From a virus (lineage: Duplodnaviria; Caudoviricetes), in the IMG/VR virus record IMGVR_UViG_3300044646_000955, positions 1 through 57,747 of that record: 57,747 bases of DNA; one strand, 5' to 3'. Positions 27,188-35,925 of the stretch are shown here, in pieces (the first letter of the stretch is position 1; each line of letters starts with the position of its first letter). Made by a program: the position numbers and the translations under genes. The notes beneath the pieces were generated by a model. That model searched no databases. It saw only the letters and a list, made by a program, of their open reading frames with translations, and had not been told where the DNA came from.

Positions 27188-28357
27188 TCACGCCGTGATG
27201 ACGGGGCCCAGGTTGAGGACCGACCAGAACTCGGCCTCCATCTCCGCCTGCCGGTCGCCATCCGGCGCGTACTGGGCGGCGACGGTCACGGCCTGGGCGA
27301 GCCCGAACATCGTCGTATCGCCCGATGCGGCGAAGAGGTCCAGCACTCGCTTGCCCTCGGCCTCGGAGAGCCCGATGCGCTCCGCCACGATCTTCACCGC
27401 CGTGGTCGGCGACTCCACCGTGGCGCCCTTCGCCTGACGCATCTCGGCGATGAGCTTGTCAAGATAGCTCACGGAGCAGAAGGCACGAGCGGCGTCCTCG
27501 ACCTGGCTCGTCGTCAACTCAAGCGACTTGCGCTTGGTGGACTCGGACCAGTCGATCACGCCCTCTTGGAGTCGCCCCGCCACGTGGATCTGTCGGAGCA
27601 TGTCGGCCGTCTTCGTCATGCCGTTGCGGCAGACCTGAACGACCGCCCGGGGGAGGAGTTGCACTGCGCCCTTACCGGTCTCGGAGTTCGAGATCTCCAG
27701 CCCGGCCCAGAGGACCGGAAGGTCCTCGCCGCCCGTCTGATCGTGAAGGCGACGGGCGGGAGTGATCGGCGGGCGGTAGCCCACGAGGAGATCCGGCGCC
27801 GCCTGCTGGATGGCGGGGACGGCGATCCGGAGGCGGAACCGGTCGTCCGTGATGTCGGCGTCCACCTCGCAATCGCCGAGCCCGACTCCGGCGCTCTTGA
27901 GCCCGGTGATCACTGCGGCCACGAGGTCCACGTTGTCGATGGCGCCGTAGCGGTCGCTCAGCACCGCTCGGAGGTAGGCGCCGTCCTCGCACATCAGCCA
28001 CCGGGACATGACGGTCTTGTCATTCCGGCCCGAGAGGGTGTTGATGTTGTAGGCGGCGAGGTCGCCGTTGCCCGACCCGTTCAGCCGGGTGAGGTAGGGC
28101 ATGGGCACGTCGAGCCGAGCGGCGACGTGCCGGAGCGCCGTGGGGGACGCTGCCCCCGAGAGGGAGGCGACGACCCCAGTAGGCGTCAGGTACGGCTCGG
28201 TGAGGTTGAGGTTCGCCTCTCCGCACCCGTCCGCCCATGCGAGGGCCGACATGGGATGCACCACGTCCACACGCGCTTCTTGGATAGCGGCCAGCCGACC
28301 GGCGATCACGTGCCGGTCCTTGACTCGGCGGATCGGGGTGGTGATCTCGTTGATCAT
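27188..28357 (-). CDS. DUF932-like protein
   Basis: LRAVLSDRY..IDN, ISNSETG, VCRNGM; AAGGAG RBS; class-1 promoter at 28393-28420. Confidence 0.7.
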   Translation of the reverse strand: MINEITTPIRRVKDRHVIAGRLAAIQEARVDVVHPMSALAWADGCGEANLNLTEPYLTPTGVVASLSGAASPTALRHVAARLDVPMPYLTRLNGSGNGDLAAYNINTLSGRNDKTVMSRWLMCEDGAYLRAVLSDRYGAIDNVDLVAAVITGLKSAGVGLGDCEVDADITDDRFRLRIAVPAIQQAAPDLLVGYRPPITPARRLHDQTGGEDLPVLWAGLEISNSETGKGAVQLLPRAVVQVCRNGMTKTADMLRQIHVAGRLQEGVIDWSESTKRKSLELTTSQVEDAARAFCSVSYLDKLIAEMRQAKGATVESPTTAVKIVAERIGLSEAEGKRVLDLFAASGDTTMFGLAQAVTVAAQYAPDGDRQAEMEAEFWSVLNLGPVITA

Positions 28358-28518
28358 TGTTCTCTCCTTGGTGTTTCCTGCTCGTGGTTCTTAGTATACA
28401 CGAACCCGGCACGGGGTCAAGCCGTAGAGAGAGTTTTTTCTTCGGTCTTTGTCTAGGCGATCGTTCCGGGATCGTGTTAGGCTCGGCGCATGACGTCAAG
28501 CACCATCCACTCCCGCCG

Positions 28519-28911
28519 ATGAGCAAGGCGGCAAACGTCCTTCTTGACATCGAGCCACTGCTGCGGGTACTCACGGCGCAGCAACGCGCGAGAGAGTCGG
28601 TTGATAAGGGCATCCCGCGCATCACGCTGGATCGAGCCGACCGCATCTGCTGTCGTGTCGGGATCCACCCGTGCGAGGTGTGGGGCGATGCATGGTGGGA
28701 GGCGAGTCATCGACAATGGGAGCGGTCCTCGCGCTGGTCGGTCCATCCGATCCTCGCAAGGGGGTACACCCATGCCGACATCGACCGCATCGTCGGCAAG
28801 CGGGTCGGGCACCACGGGCACATCTCGCGCAGCCACGCCCGCAAGATCGCGGAAGGGCTCGGTCTTGAGCCTGCCTCCCTCTGGGACGAGTGGGAGTGGA
28901 TCGGGCCATGA
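28519..28911 (+). CDS. Tandem HTH-like regulator
   Basis: Two Ner/XRE-like ends: ADRICCRVGIHPCEVW and ARKIAEGLGLEPASLW. Confidence 0.6.
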   Translation: MSKAANVLLDIEPLLRVLTAQQRARESVDKGIPRITLDRADRICCRVGIHPCEVWGDAWWEASHRQWERSSRWSVHPILARGYTHADIDRIVGKRVGHHGHISRSHARKIAEGLGLEPASLWDEWEWIGP

Positions 28912-29240
28912 GCGACGAGAGGTGGAAGGATCGAGCGGCGTGCAAGGGGCGCGTCGATATCATCTGGCATCCCCCGCTGCGACCGCCCCGGCATCGGGCG
29001 AGCTACGTGCTTTGGCGAGAGAATCTCCGCCTTGCCCTAGCCGTGTGTGGCGAGTGCCCCGTCCGTAGCGAGTGTCTCAACTGGGCCCTAAACAACCTTG
29101 AGACGGAGGGCATCTGGGGTGGTCTCCTGCCGTCTGAGCGAATTACGGCGATGAAGTGCCCCGCTTGCAACCGGCAAGCCATGAAGATCACGTCAAGCGG
29201 AGCAACGTGCCGATCCTGCGCCTCGCGCCACGAAGAGTGA
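28908..29240 (+). CDS. whiB: WhiB-family transcription factor with C-terminal Cys motif
   Basis: W...AAC, VCGECPVRSECL, GIWGG. Confidence 0.9.
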   Translation: MSDERWKDRAACKGRVDIIWHPPLRPPRHRASYVLWRENLRLALAVCGECPVRSECLNWALNNLETEGIWGGLLPSERITAMKCPACNRQAMKITSSGATCRSCASRHEE

Positions 29241-29273
29241 TGCGGTTGAGAAGCGGGGCCGCGAGGTAGGTGC

Positions 29274-29777
29274 TCACACCCGGTCCCACCATGCTGCGGG
29301 TGACATGACGGCCACCCTCGTCGAGCGCACGCTGGTCATCACGACCACGTTTTCGGCAGTGAGGATCGACATCACGTCCTTGTTGGCGATCGACGACACC
29401 GTGGCGCAGGTGGTGAGGGTCGGGTTCTCGCCCCAGTCGGCAGCGACCAGCCACACGCCACCGGGCGCCCGCAGCATGACGGCCCGGTGCATCATGCGTG
29501 AGCGCCGTTGTTGCGCTCGCATCTGGTCGACTCCGACGCGCAGTTGCTCCGTGATCCGGCCGATCGCCGAGGCGCTCTTGACCTCGATGCCGATCGGTGC
29601 GTCGGTGAGAACGATCAGATCGGCCCGATCGTCCGTCTTGCCGTCGGCCCCGACCCGGGCGCGAAGCCGGATCACCTCCCGGCCGGTGAGCTGCTCGAGC
29701 AGTCGTTGCGCCTGGCGTTCGGCGTCGGCGCCACGGGCCCGGTTGCGCGCGCCTCGTCGTTGTGCATCGGTTGTCAT
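29274..29777 (-). CDS. PD-(D/E)xK nuclease, Holliday junction resolvase-like
   Basis: RARGADAER, ADL, IEVK. Confidence 0.7.
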   Translation of the reverse strand: MTTDAQRRGARNRARGADAERQAQRLLEQLTGREVIRLRARVGADGKTDDRADLIVLTDAPIGIEVKSASAIGRITEQLRVGVDQMRAQQRRSRMMHRAVMLRAPGGVWLVAADWGENPTLTTCATVSSIANKDVMSILTAENVVVMTSVRSTRVAVMSPAAWWDRV

Positions 29778-29944
29778 AGCTCGTTCTGCCAGTCGTAGGG
29801 GCGCCGCTGCGGCTGCGGGTCGGTGAGGTGCGCCCGGTGCGGGAGGTCGAGCGGTCGTCCCTCGCCCTCGGGGATCAGCCCGAGGACGATGGTGATGATC
29901 CACGCGACGACCGACCCGGCGAGCAGGAGCGTCCAGGCGCTCAC
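29774..29944 (-). CDS. Small membrane protein
   Basis: Hydrophobic N-terminus; coupled start and stop. Confidence 0.5.
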   Translation of the reverse strand: MSAWTLLLAGSVVAWIITIVLGLIPEGEGRPLDLPHRAHLTDPQPQRRPYDWQNEL

Positions 29945-30126
29945 GGCGTCACCGGCCGAACGACATCGACGGCTTGGTCGTCATCGCCGGGCCAGATGGC
30001 GCCGTCGACGGTCGGGCCGCCGCATGACCAGCACGGCTCGTGCGGTGCGCTTCGCTGGCCCGTGTCGCAGACGTCGCAACACCGCTCGACGATCCACCGT
30101 TGCGCCACGGGTGCGGGCCACATCAT
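29941..30126 (-). CDS. Small CxxC...CxxC protein
   Basis: CDVC...CWSC. Confidence 0.5.
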   Translation of the reverse strand: MMWPAPVAQRWIVERCCDVCDTGQRSAPHEPCWSCGGPTVDGAIWPGDDDQAVDVVRPVTP

Positions 30127-30281
30127 CGCTCGCCCTCCCGCCGCTCCCAGGCGGCCAGCGTCTCCCGGTTGCGCCGCCGCATCGCAGCCGAGCCGGGCCC
30201 GGTGCGCACGAGGATCACCGCCGACACGAGGAGGCTGCTGGCGACGGCGAGCAGGACGATCCACACGAGCGCGCCGGTCAT
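30123..30281 (-). CDS. Small membrane protein
   Basis: MTGALVWIVLLAV...; ATGA coupling. Confidence 0.5.
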   Translation of the reverse strand: MTGALVWIVLLAVASSLLVSAVILVRTGPGSAAMRRRNRETLAAWERREGER

Positions 30282-30724
30282 CGCCGGGCCCGCTTCGCGC
30301 GATACATGGCAGCATCTGCCTGGCGCACGGCGTCGTCAGCCTCGCCGATCCCGAGTCCGACCGATGCCCGCACGCCCCACCGGCCGTCGAGCGCTGCGGC
30401 GAGGCGGTGCGCGGCGTCGGTGGCGTCGGCCGTGTCGGCGAGGAGGACAAGGATCTCGTCGCCGCCCCATCGGCTCACGAGGTCATCGGCGCGCACGGTC
30501 GCCCGGATCACTTCGGCGGCGAGCAGGAGCACGGCGTCACCGGCGGCGTGCCCTAGCGTGTCGTTGATCGCCTTGAGCCCGTCAAGGTCGGCGAGGATGA
30601 CGGCGCACGTTCCGGCGGAGCGGCGCCGCTCGAGCAGGATCTCGCCGACCGGCCGGACGTGCAGCCGGGTCGTCGGACAGGTCGTGAGCCGATGCAGGTC
30701 GGCAGGTGACAGGTCGAGGGTCAT
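30278..30724 (-). CDS. Stand-alone GGDEF (diguanylate cyclase-like) protein
   Basis: DLDGLKAINDTLGHAAGD, RWGGDEI, ASVG, ADAAMYRAK. Confidence 0.9.
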   Translation of the reverse strand: MTLDLSPADLHRLTTCPTTRLHVRPVGEILLERRRSAGTCAVILADLDGLKAINDTLGHAAGDAVLLLAAEVIRATVRADDLVSRWGGDEILVLLADTADATDAAHRLAAALDGRWGVRASVGLGIGEADDAVRQADAAMYRAKRARR

Positions 30725-31284
30725 CGGATCACCTCGGTCATGTCGGCCCCGGTGAGGTTGGCCCCGATGAGGTTGGCCCCGGTGAGGTTGGCCTCGATCA
30801 GGTCGGCGCCGGTGAGGTTGGCGCCGGTGAGGTTGGCGCCGGTGAGGTCGGCGCCGGTGAGGTTGGCCTTGGTGAGGTCGGCGCCGGTGAGGTCGGCGCC
30901 GGTGAGGTTGGCCCCGGTGAGGTTTGCCTCGGTGAGGTTTGCCCCGGTGAGGTCGGCCTCGATCAGGTTGGCCCTGGTGAGGTCGGCCTCGGCGAGCTTG
31001 GCCCCGGTGAGGTCGGCCCAGTTCATGTCGGCCCCGGTGAGGTCGGCGCCGGTGAGGCGGACGTCACGAAGGTCGGCGTCACAAAGGTCGGCGTCGAAGA
31101 GATTGGCCCTGGTGAGGTTGGCACCGATCAGCTTGGCCCCGGTGAGGTTGGCGCCGACGAGGTCGGCGTGCGTCAGGTCGGCGCCGCGCAGGTCGGCGCC
31201 TCGCAGGTCAGCGCGCTTGCCCGTCCCCGGGACGGCGAGCCAGCGAGCGTGCTCGGCGAGGATATTCGGCAGGTCGAGGGTCAT
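30721..31284 (-). CDS. Pentapeptide repeat protein
   Basis: A(D/N)LxG repeats. Confidence 0.9.
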   Translation of the reverse strand: MTLDLPNILAEHARWLAVPGTGKRADLRGADLRGADLTHADLVGANLTGAKLIGANLTRANLFDADLCDADLRDVRLTGADLTGADMNWADLTGAKLAEADLTRANLIEADLTGANLTEANLTGANLTGADLTGADLTKANLTGADLTGANLTGANLTGADLIEANLTGANLIGANLTGADMTEVIR

Positions 31285-31754
31285 CGGATCACCTCGTTCA
31301 TGTCGGGCCCGGTGAGGTTGGCCCCGGTCATGTCGGCCCCGGTGAGCTTGGCGCCACGAAGGTCGGCGTCGAAGAGATCGGCCCCGGTCAGGTCGGCGCC
31401 GATCAGGTTGGCCTCGGTCAGATCGGCCCCGGTGAGGTCGGCCCCGATCAGCTTGGCCCCGGTCAGGTCGGCCCCGGTCAGGTCGGCGCCGGTGAGGTAG
31501 GCCCCGGTGAGATCGGCGCCGATCAGATTGGCCCTGCTGAGGTTGGCCCCGATCAGGTTGGCGCCGATCAGGTTGGCGCCGATCAGGTTGGCCTCGGTCA
31601 GATCGGCCTCGGTCAGATCGGCCCTGGTGAGCTTGGCTGCGACGAGGTCGGCGTGCGTCAGGTCGGCGCCGCGCAGGTCGGCTCGCTTGCCCGTCCCCGG
31701 ATCGGTGAGCCACTGAGCGTGCTCGGCCAGGATGGTCGGCAGGTTGATAGTCAT
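31281..31754 (-). CDS. Pentapeptide repeat protein
   Basis: A(D/N)LxG repeats. Confidence 0.9.
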   Translation of the reverse strand: MTINLPTILAEHAQWLTDPGTGKRADLRGADLTHADLVAAKLTRADLTEADLTEANLIGANLIGANLIGANLSRANLIGADLTGAYLTGADLTGADLTGAKLIGADLTGADLTEANLIGADLTGADLFDADLRGAKLTGADMTGANLTGPDMNEVIR

Positions 31755-32239
31755 CGGATCACCTCGGTCATGTCGGCCCCGGCGAGCTTGGCCCCGATCA
31801 GGTTGGCCCTGGTGAGCTTCGCGCCGGTGAGGTCGGCCCCGATCAGGTTGGCACCGCTCAAGTTGGCCTCGGTGAGGTTGGCCCCGATCAGGTTGGCCCC
31901 GATCAGGTTGGCCCAATTCAGGCGGGCGCCACGAAGGTCGGCCCTGGTGAGCTTGGCGCCGGTGAGGTTGGCGCCGATCAAGTTGGCCCCGATCAGGTTG
32001 GCCCCGATCAGGTTGGCCCCGATCAGGTTGGCCCCGCTGAGGTTGACCCAATTCAGGCGGGCGCCACGAAGGTCGGCCCTGGTGAGGTCGGCGCCGGTGA
32101 GGTTGGCGTCACGAAGGTCGGCGTCGGTGAGGTTGGCCCCGATCAGGTTGGCGCCGCGCAGGTCGGCGCGCCGGCCGGTCGCCGTATCGGCGAGCCACTG
32201 AGCGTGCTCGGCCAGGATGGTCGGCAGGTCGATGGTCAT
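31751..32239 (-). CDS. Pentapeptide repeat protein
   Basis: A(D/N)LxG repeats; GAAAGG RBS. Confidence 0.9.
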   Translation of the reverse strand: MTIDLPTILAEHAQWLADTATGRRADLRGANLIGANLTDADLRDANLTGADLTRADLRGARLNWVNLSGANLIGANLIGANLIGANLIGANLTGAKLTRADLRGARLNWANLIGANLIGANLTEANLSGANLIGADLTGAKLTRANLIGAKLAGADMTEVIR

Positions 32240-32291
32240 GTGTGTGCCTTTCGTGGTGTTGTGGCATCTTATCGGCCGCATGAACAGGAAG

Positions 32292-32546
32292 TCAAGCCGG
32301 GCGAGCGGCGTCGATGACCGGAGCCATCGAGAACTTCCCGAGCGGGAAGGCGATCTCGCGAGGACCGTTGAAGTCGCTGACAGTGATGCCCACGAGCCGC
32401 GATTCGCCGGTAAGGACGTCCCGGATCAACATCCTCTTAGCCGTACGAGCGACGACCACGAAGCTCCACCGGTAATCACCCCGGCCGGTGTCGTAGGTGG
32501 TTCCGACCTTGAAGGTGGCGGTGATGGCGGCGGTGTTCGTGCTCAT
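32292..32546 (-). CDS. Leaderless cassette protein, 84 aa
   Basis: Class-1 promoter at 32547-32580. Confidence 0.75.
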   Translation of the reverse strand: MSTNTAAITATFKVGTTYDTGRGDYRWSFVVVARTAKRMLIRDVLTGESRLVGITVSDFNGPREIAFPLGKFSMAPVIDAARPA

Positions 32547-32613
32547 GTCCTTAGTATACATGATCCCGGAACAGTGTCAAGCGAGAGCAGAACTTTTCTC
32601 GGAAGGTCGAAGA

Positions 32614-32973
32614 TCAGATCGCACCCGTTACCCCGGTTACGGTAGCCATGTTGACGTTGGCTCCCCTTGAGTCGATGCCGGTTAGATCTGCGTCCCGCAG
32701 GTCGGCCCATCCGAGGTTGGCCCACCGCAGATTCGCCCCCGTTAGGTCCGCCCCGTTGAGATAAGCGCCCCGCAGGTCTGCATCGGCGAGGTTCGCCCCG
32801 GCCAGGTTGGCCCCGATGAGCTTGGCACTGATCAGATTGGCCAGCTTGAGGTTGGCCCCTCGGAGATCGGCCCCGCTCAAGTCGGCATTGCTCAAGTCGG
32901 CCCGCTTGCCCGTTGCCGGATTGGCGAGCCAGCGAGCGTGCTCCGCAAGGATGGTCGGCAGGTCGATCGTCAT
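32614..32973 (-). CDS. Pentapeptide repeat protein
   Basis: A(D/N)LxG repeats. Confidence 0.9.
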   Translation of the reverse strand: MTIDLPTILAEHARWLANPATGKRADLSNADLSGADLRGANLKLANLISAKLIGANLAGANLADADLRGAYLNGADLTGANLRWANLGWADLRDADLTGIDSRGANVNMATVTGVTGAI

Positions 32974-33254
32974 CGGATCACCCCGGTCATGTCGGCCCCG
33001 GCAAGGTCGGCGCCGGTGAGGCGGGCGCCGCATAGCTGGGCGCGCCGGAGGTCGGCGCCACGAAGGTCGGCGTCACGGAGGTCGGCGTCGAAGAGGATAG
33101 CGTCACGAAGGCGAGCGCCACGAAGATCGGCGCCTCGCAGGTCGGCGCCTCGCAGGTCGGCGCGCTTGCCGGTCGTGGGATCGGCGAGCCAGCGAGCGTG
33201 CCCGGCGAGAATGATTGAGAGGTCGTTGGCGGCGGTGTTGATCGTCGTGCTCAT
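32970..33254 (-). CDS. Pentapeptide repeat protein (leaderless)
   Basis: Class-1 promoter at 33255-33290; ADLRG repeats. Confidence 0.85.
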   Translation of the reverse strand: MSTTINTAANDLSIILAGHARWLADPTTGKRADLRGADLRGADLRGARLRDAILFDADLRDADLRGADLRRAQLCGARLTGADLAGADMTGVIR

Positions 33255-33293
33255 GTCGTCATTATATACACGATCCCGGAACGGGGTCAAGCC

Positions 33294-33503
33294 TTAGGGG
33301 GAACTTTTCTTAGCGGGCCCGGGAATCTCCCGCTGACTGACGAGCACGGCGACCGGGGGCGACTCTTCCCGCAGGAGATCCTGAATGATCTCGACTGCTT
33401 CGGAGGGTTCTAGGTCCTCCCAGACCTTGTGAGCCGACTCCCCGCCTTCGAGCAGATACTGAGCGTCAATGCACACCACGCCTAGCGTCTTACCACGCGG
33501 CAA
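33294..33503 (-). CDS. Hypothetical protein (start uncertain)
   Basis: ORF only; 5' end overlaps hairpin 33477-33517. Confidence 0.35.
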   Translation of the reverse strand: MPRGKTLGVVCIDAQYLLEGGESAHKVWEDLEPSEAVEIIQDLLREESPPVAVLVSQREIPGPAKKSSP

Positions 33504-33522
33504 GACGCTAGGCGTAGCTCGG

Positions 33523-33693
33523 TCACGCCTTGAACTGGCTCGCGTCCAGGCCGAGCTTCTCGTAGAGCGTTACCGCCGCCTTTGCCATGCGGAGCCGCGT
33601 CGCCCGCATGGCCTCGCGATCCCCTGCGTCAAGAGCGGCGACGTACGCCTCCCGGGCTGCCCGGTATTCCCTAATCATCTTGGTGGTGCTCAT
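33523..33693 (-). CDS. Leaderless cassette protein, 56 aa
   Basis: Class-1 promoter at 33694-33729. Confidence 0.7.
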   Translation of the reverse strand: MSTTKMIREYRAAREAYVAALDAGDREAMRATRLRMAKAAVTLYEKLGLDASQFKA

Positions 33694-33725
33694 GTCGTCA
33701 GTATATACATGTTCCCGGCACGACG

Positions 33726-33956
33726 TCAAGCGGGGGGCGCAGGATTAGCCGCCAGGGCTCGACGACGGTAGCCCTCGGCGACGTAGGCGGCTCGCGCCGC
33801 CTTGCACGCCGCGCACGGCGTCTCCTTGTGCGCCAGGTGTCGGGCGTAGGCGGCGTTCGTGCCGCATGGCATGACGGCCGGGCGTCCGATCCTGCCGGTT
33901 GCCGCTCCACGTCGAGCGCGAAACGCGCGACTTCTCTCTGCTCCGGACAAGGCCAT
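33726..33956 (-). CDS. Small basic Cys/His protein, paralogue of 11955..12149
   Basis: GAER.R..RARRG...PCGT.AAY.RH..HKE.PC.AC; GGAGGA RBS. Confidence 0.7.
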   Translation of the reverse strand: MALSGAERSRAFRARRGAATGRIGRPAVMPCGTNAAYARHLAHKETPCAACKAARAAYVAEGYRRRALAANPAPPA

Positions 33957-34016
33957 CAGTTCCTCCGCGTTGGTTGGATCTGCACTTATACCACGAACGC
34001 GGTACGAACGCAACTC

Positions 34017-34733
34017 CTACGCGCCGAGGTGCGCCCGCAGGATCGTCTCCCACTGCGCGTCCGACTCGACGATCCACGTCCCGGCGCCGGTCGCAGCGAG
34101 CGCCCGGTCACGCTCGCCCGGGTCGGTGAACCCGACGATGCGACCGTTGACCAGCAAGCATTCGGGTTGCGATCCGTCGGAACGCACGAGGTGCACGGCC
34201 ATGTCATCGTCCTCCTGTGGTGGTGGCGGTGGGGGAGCGGCGGAGTAGATCGGCCGACCGAAACCCATGATGCGACTGTCGTTCTTGGGGCGGATGACCG
34301 ATTGAACCATGTGGTTCAGGTTGCCCTCGACGGTGCGGTATGACGCGCCCAGGTCCTCGACGATGAGCCCGACGTGATCCGGCTGGCCGGACCGATCCCA
34401 GTCCAAGTAGATGTGATCGCCGGGCAGGCCGAGCGTGCTCCACTGGTTCAGCGATCGCCACTTGTTGCGATCCTGCGGCGTGTAGAAACTCACGATCTCC
34501 AACGACCATGCGGCAGGCCATCCGGCCGCCTCGTGATGCCAGGCGGCGATGGCCGAGGCGCACCACTCCTGTCCGTCGCGGTTGATCCACGACCCGTTGG
34601 CGAGCTGGACCGGGCCGTACCGGCGGTCCAGTTCGGCAACGAGCGTCGTGCGGTTCGAGCCGTACGGGTCCTCGACCAACCCGACGTAGCGTTGCGCTAC
34701 ATCAACAATCGCAGCGACGGTCGGCGCAGCCAT
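34017..34733 (-). CDS. Endolysin, CHAP domain
   Basis: EWCA, PGD, DHVGLIV, TVEGN. Confidence 0.85.
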   Translation of the reverse strand: MAAPTVAAIVDVAQRYVGLVEDPYGSNRTTLVAELDRRYGPVQLANGSWINRDGQEWCASAIAAWHHEAAGWPAAWSLEIVSFYTPQDRNKWRSLNQWSTLGLPGDHIYLDWDRSGQPDHVGLIVEDLGASYRTVEGNLNHMVQSVIRPKNDSRIMGFGRPIYSAAPPPPPPQEDDDMAVHLVRSDGSQPECLLVNGRIVGFTDPGERDRALAATGAGTWIVESDAQWETILRAHLGA

Positions 34734-34762
34734 GAGCGCATCCTACTCGCTAGGTTGGGAGG

Positions 34763-35047
34763 ATGGCGGCAGCTAGCGAAACCTTCACCGTCAAGGCTGA
34801 ATGGCGCTTGGTGAGTGGGGGCGCGATCACTACGGAAGCGGCGAAGCTGAACGCCATCGCTGCGGCCCACGTGCTCAATGAGCTAGTCAACTCCCCGACC
34901 CCGCCTACCTCGATTCTCGTGGCAACAGAGAGAGCAGGCGAGCCCCGGGTCTACGCCGAGGGCGAGCACGTCTTTACGATCGGGTTCGGGGCTCACCAGG
35001 ACATGGACTCCCTCGCCTACCGGAAGCGCCGTCGCTGGTTCGGCTAA
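34763..35047 (+). CDS. Hypothetical protein
   Basis: ORF divergent from endolysin. Confidence 0.5.
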   Translation: MAAASETFTVKAEWRLVSGGAITTEAAKLNAIAAAHVLNELVNSPTPPTSILVATERAGEPRVYAEGEHVFTIGFGAHQDMDSLAYRKRRRWFG

Positions 35048-35097
35048 TCATCCCCCTCCCCGCTTGACCCCGTTCCGGGATCGTGTATACTAGAGAC

Positions 35098-35271
35098 ATG
35101 AGCACGAACACCATCTCCGAAGATCCGATGCGGCGCCTCGCCGACGCCACCGTGGCGATGCTCGCCGCGATGGTTCAGTCCCGGGTTGACGCCGGGATGA
35201 CGGACAACGATGAGATCGCCGAGAGCATCCTCTCGTCGCTCCGCCGGAACTTTCTCGCCGACAATGCTTGA
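35098..35271 (+). CDS. Leaderless cassette protein, 57 aa
   Basis: Class-1 promoter at 35064-35097. Confidence 0.75.
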   Translation: MSTNTISEDPMRRLADATVAMLAAMVQSRVDAGMTDNDEIAESILSSLRRNFLADNA

Positions 35272-35301
35272 CAGTGTTTCGGGTTAGTGTATACTGAGGG
35301 C

Positions 35302-35637
35302 ATGAGCAACCACGTCGCCCCCCAGGAGGCCCCGATGTACGCCGAAGTGACCGTCGCCAACCGCATGAACGCTTGGCGGATGATCGAGCGCCTTCAGCGC
35401 TTCGCCCGGAGCAACGCCCGGCCCGTCGGGCTGAACTCGCTCTACCGGGCGCTCAAGGCGGCGCAGTACGCCGAGAGCTTCCCGGCGTCGTACGATCCGA
35501 AGGTCGTGCGGTCGGCGTGCAACCTGCTCTCGTCGTGCGATGCCGGAAGCCCGGGCGACGTGACCGACTTCCTCGCGTTCGATGATGCCGTGGAGGAGAT
35601 GCTCGCCCACATCGAGGCGGGACTCGTGGGGTTCTAG
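35302..35637 (+). CDS. Leaderless cassette protein, 111 aa
   Basis: Class-1 promoter at 35268-35301; its -35 overlaps the previous stop codon. Confidence 0.75.
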   Translation: MSNHVAPQEAPMYAEVTVANRMNAWRMIERLQRFARSNARPVGLNSLYRALKAAQYAESFPASYDPKVVRSACNLLSSCDAGSPGDVTDFLAFDDAVEEMLAHIEAGLVGF

Positions 35638-35685
35638 CCGGAGGCGAGCGGCGCCGACGTGGTGGTGGCGCCGCTCGCTCTACGG

Positions 35686-35925
35686 CTAGGGCTTGGCGGC
35701 GTCGCGAACGATGGCGGTCCGTTGCTCCGCGAGCATGGCCTTGCGGTCGGCCTCCATCGCGGCAAGCGTGCGCTCCAGATCCTTTGCGGACTGGATCTGA
35801 GAGGCGAGGGTCGCCTGCGTCTCGGCGATCTCGTCCAGCACGGCGTCGTACTCGCGACGCTTGACCTCGAGCGGCGAGAGAGGCTTGCGGCCTCGGCGGG
35901 TGGTCGTGGTCGTGTCGTTGCTCAT
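35686..35925 (-). CDS. Small coiled-coil protein with RRGRKP motif
   Basis: AGGAG RBS; ATGA coupling. Confidence 0.6.
   Translation of the reverse strand: MSNDTTTTTRRGRKPLSPLEVKRREYDAVLDEIAETQATLASQIQSAKDLERTLAAMEADRKAMLAEQRTAIVRDAAKP

Noticed and set aside
30706-32201. Plus-strand repeat proteins (GEVGA / APVRL repeats)
   Set aside because: Reverse-frame translations of the pentapeptide genes
30721-33254. Diversity-generating retroelement template and variable repeats
   Set aside because: No reverse transcriptase recognised and differences are not adenine-specific
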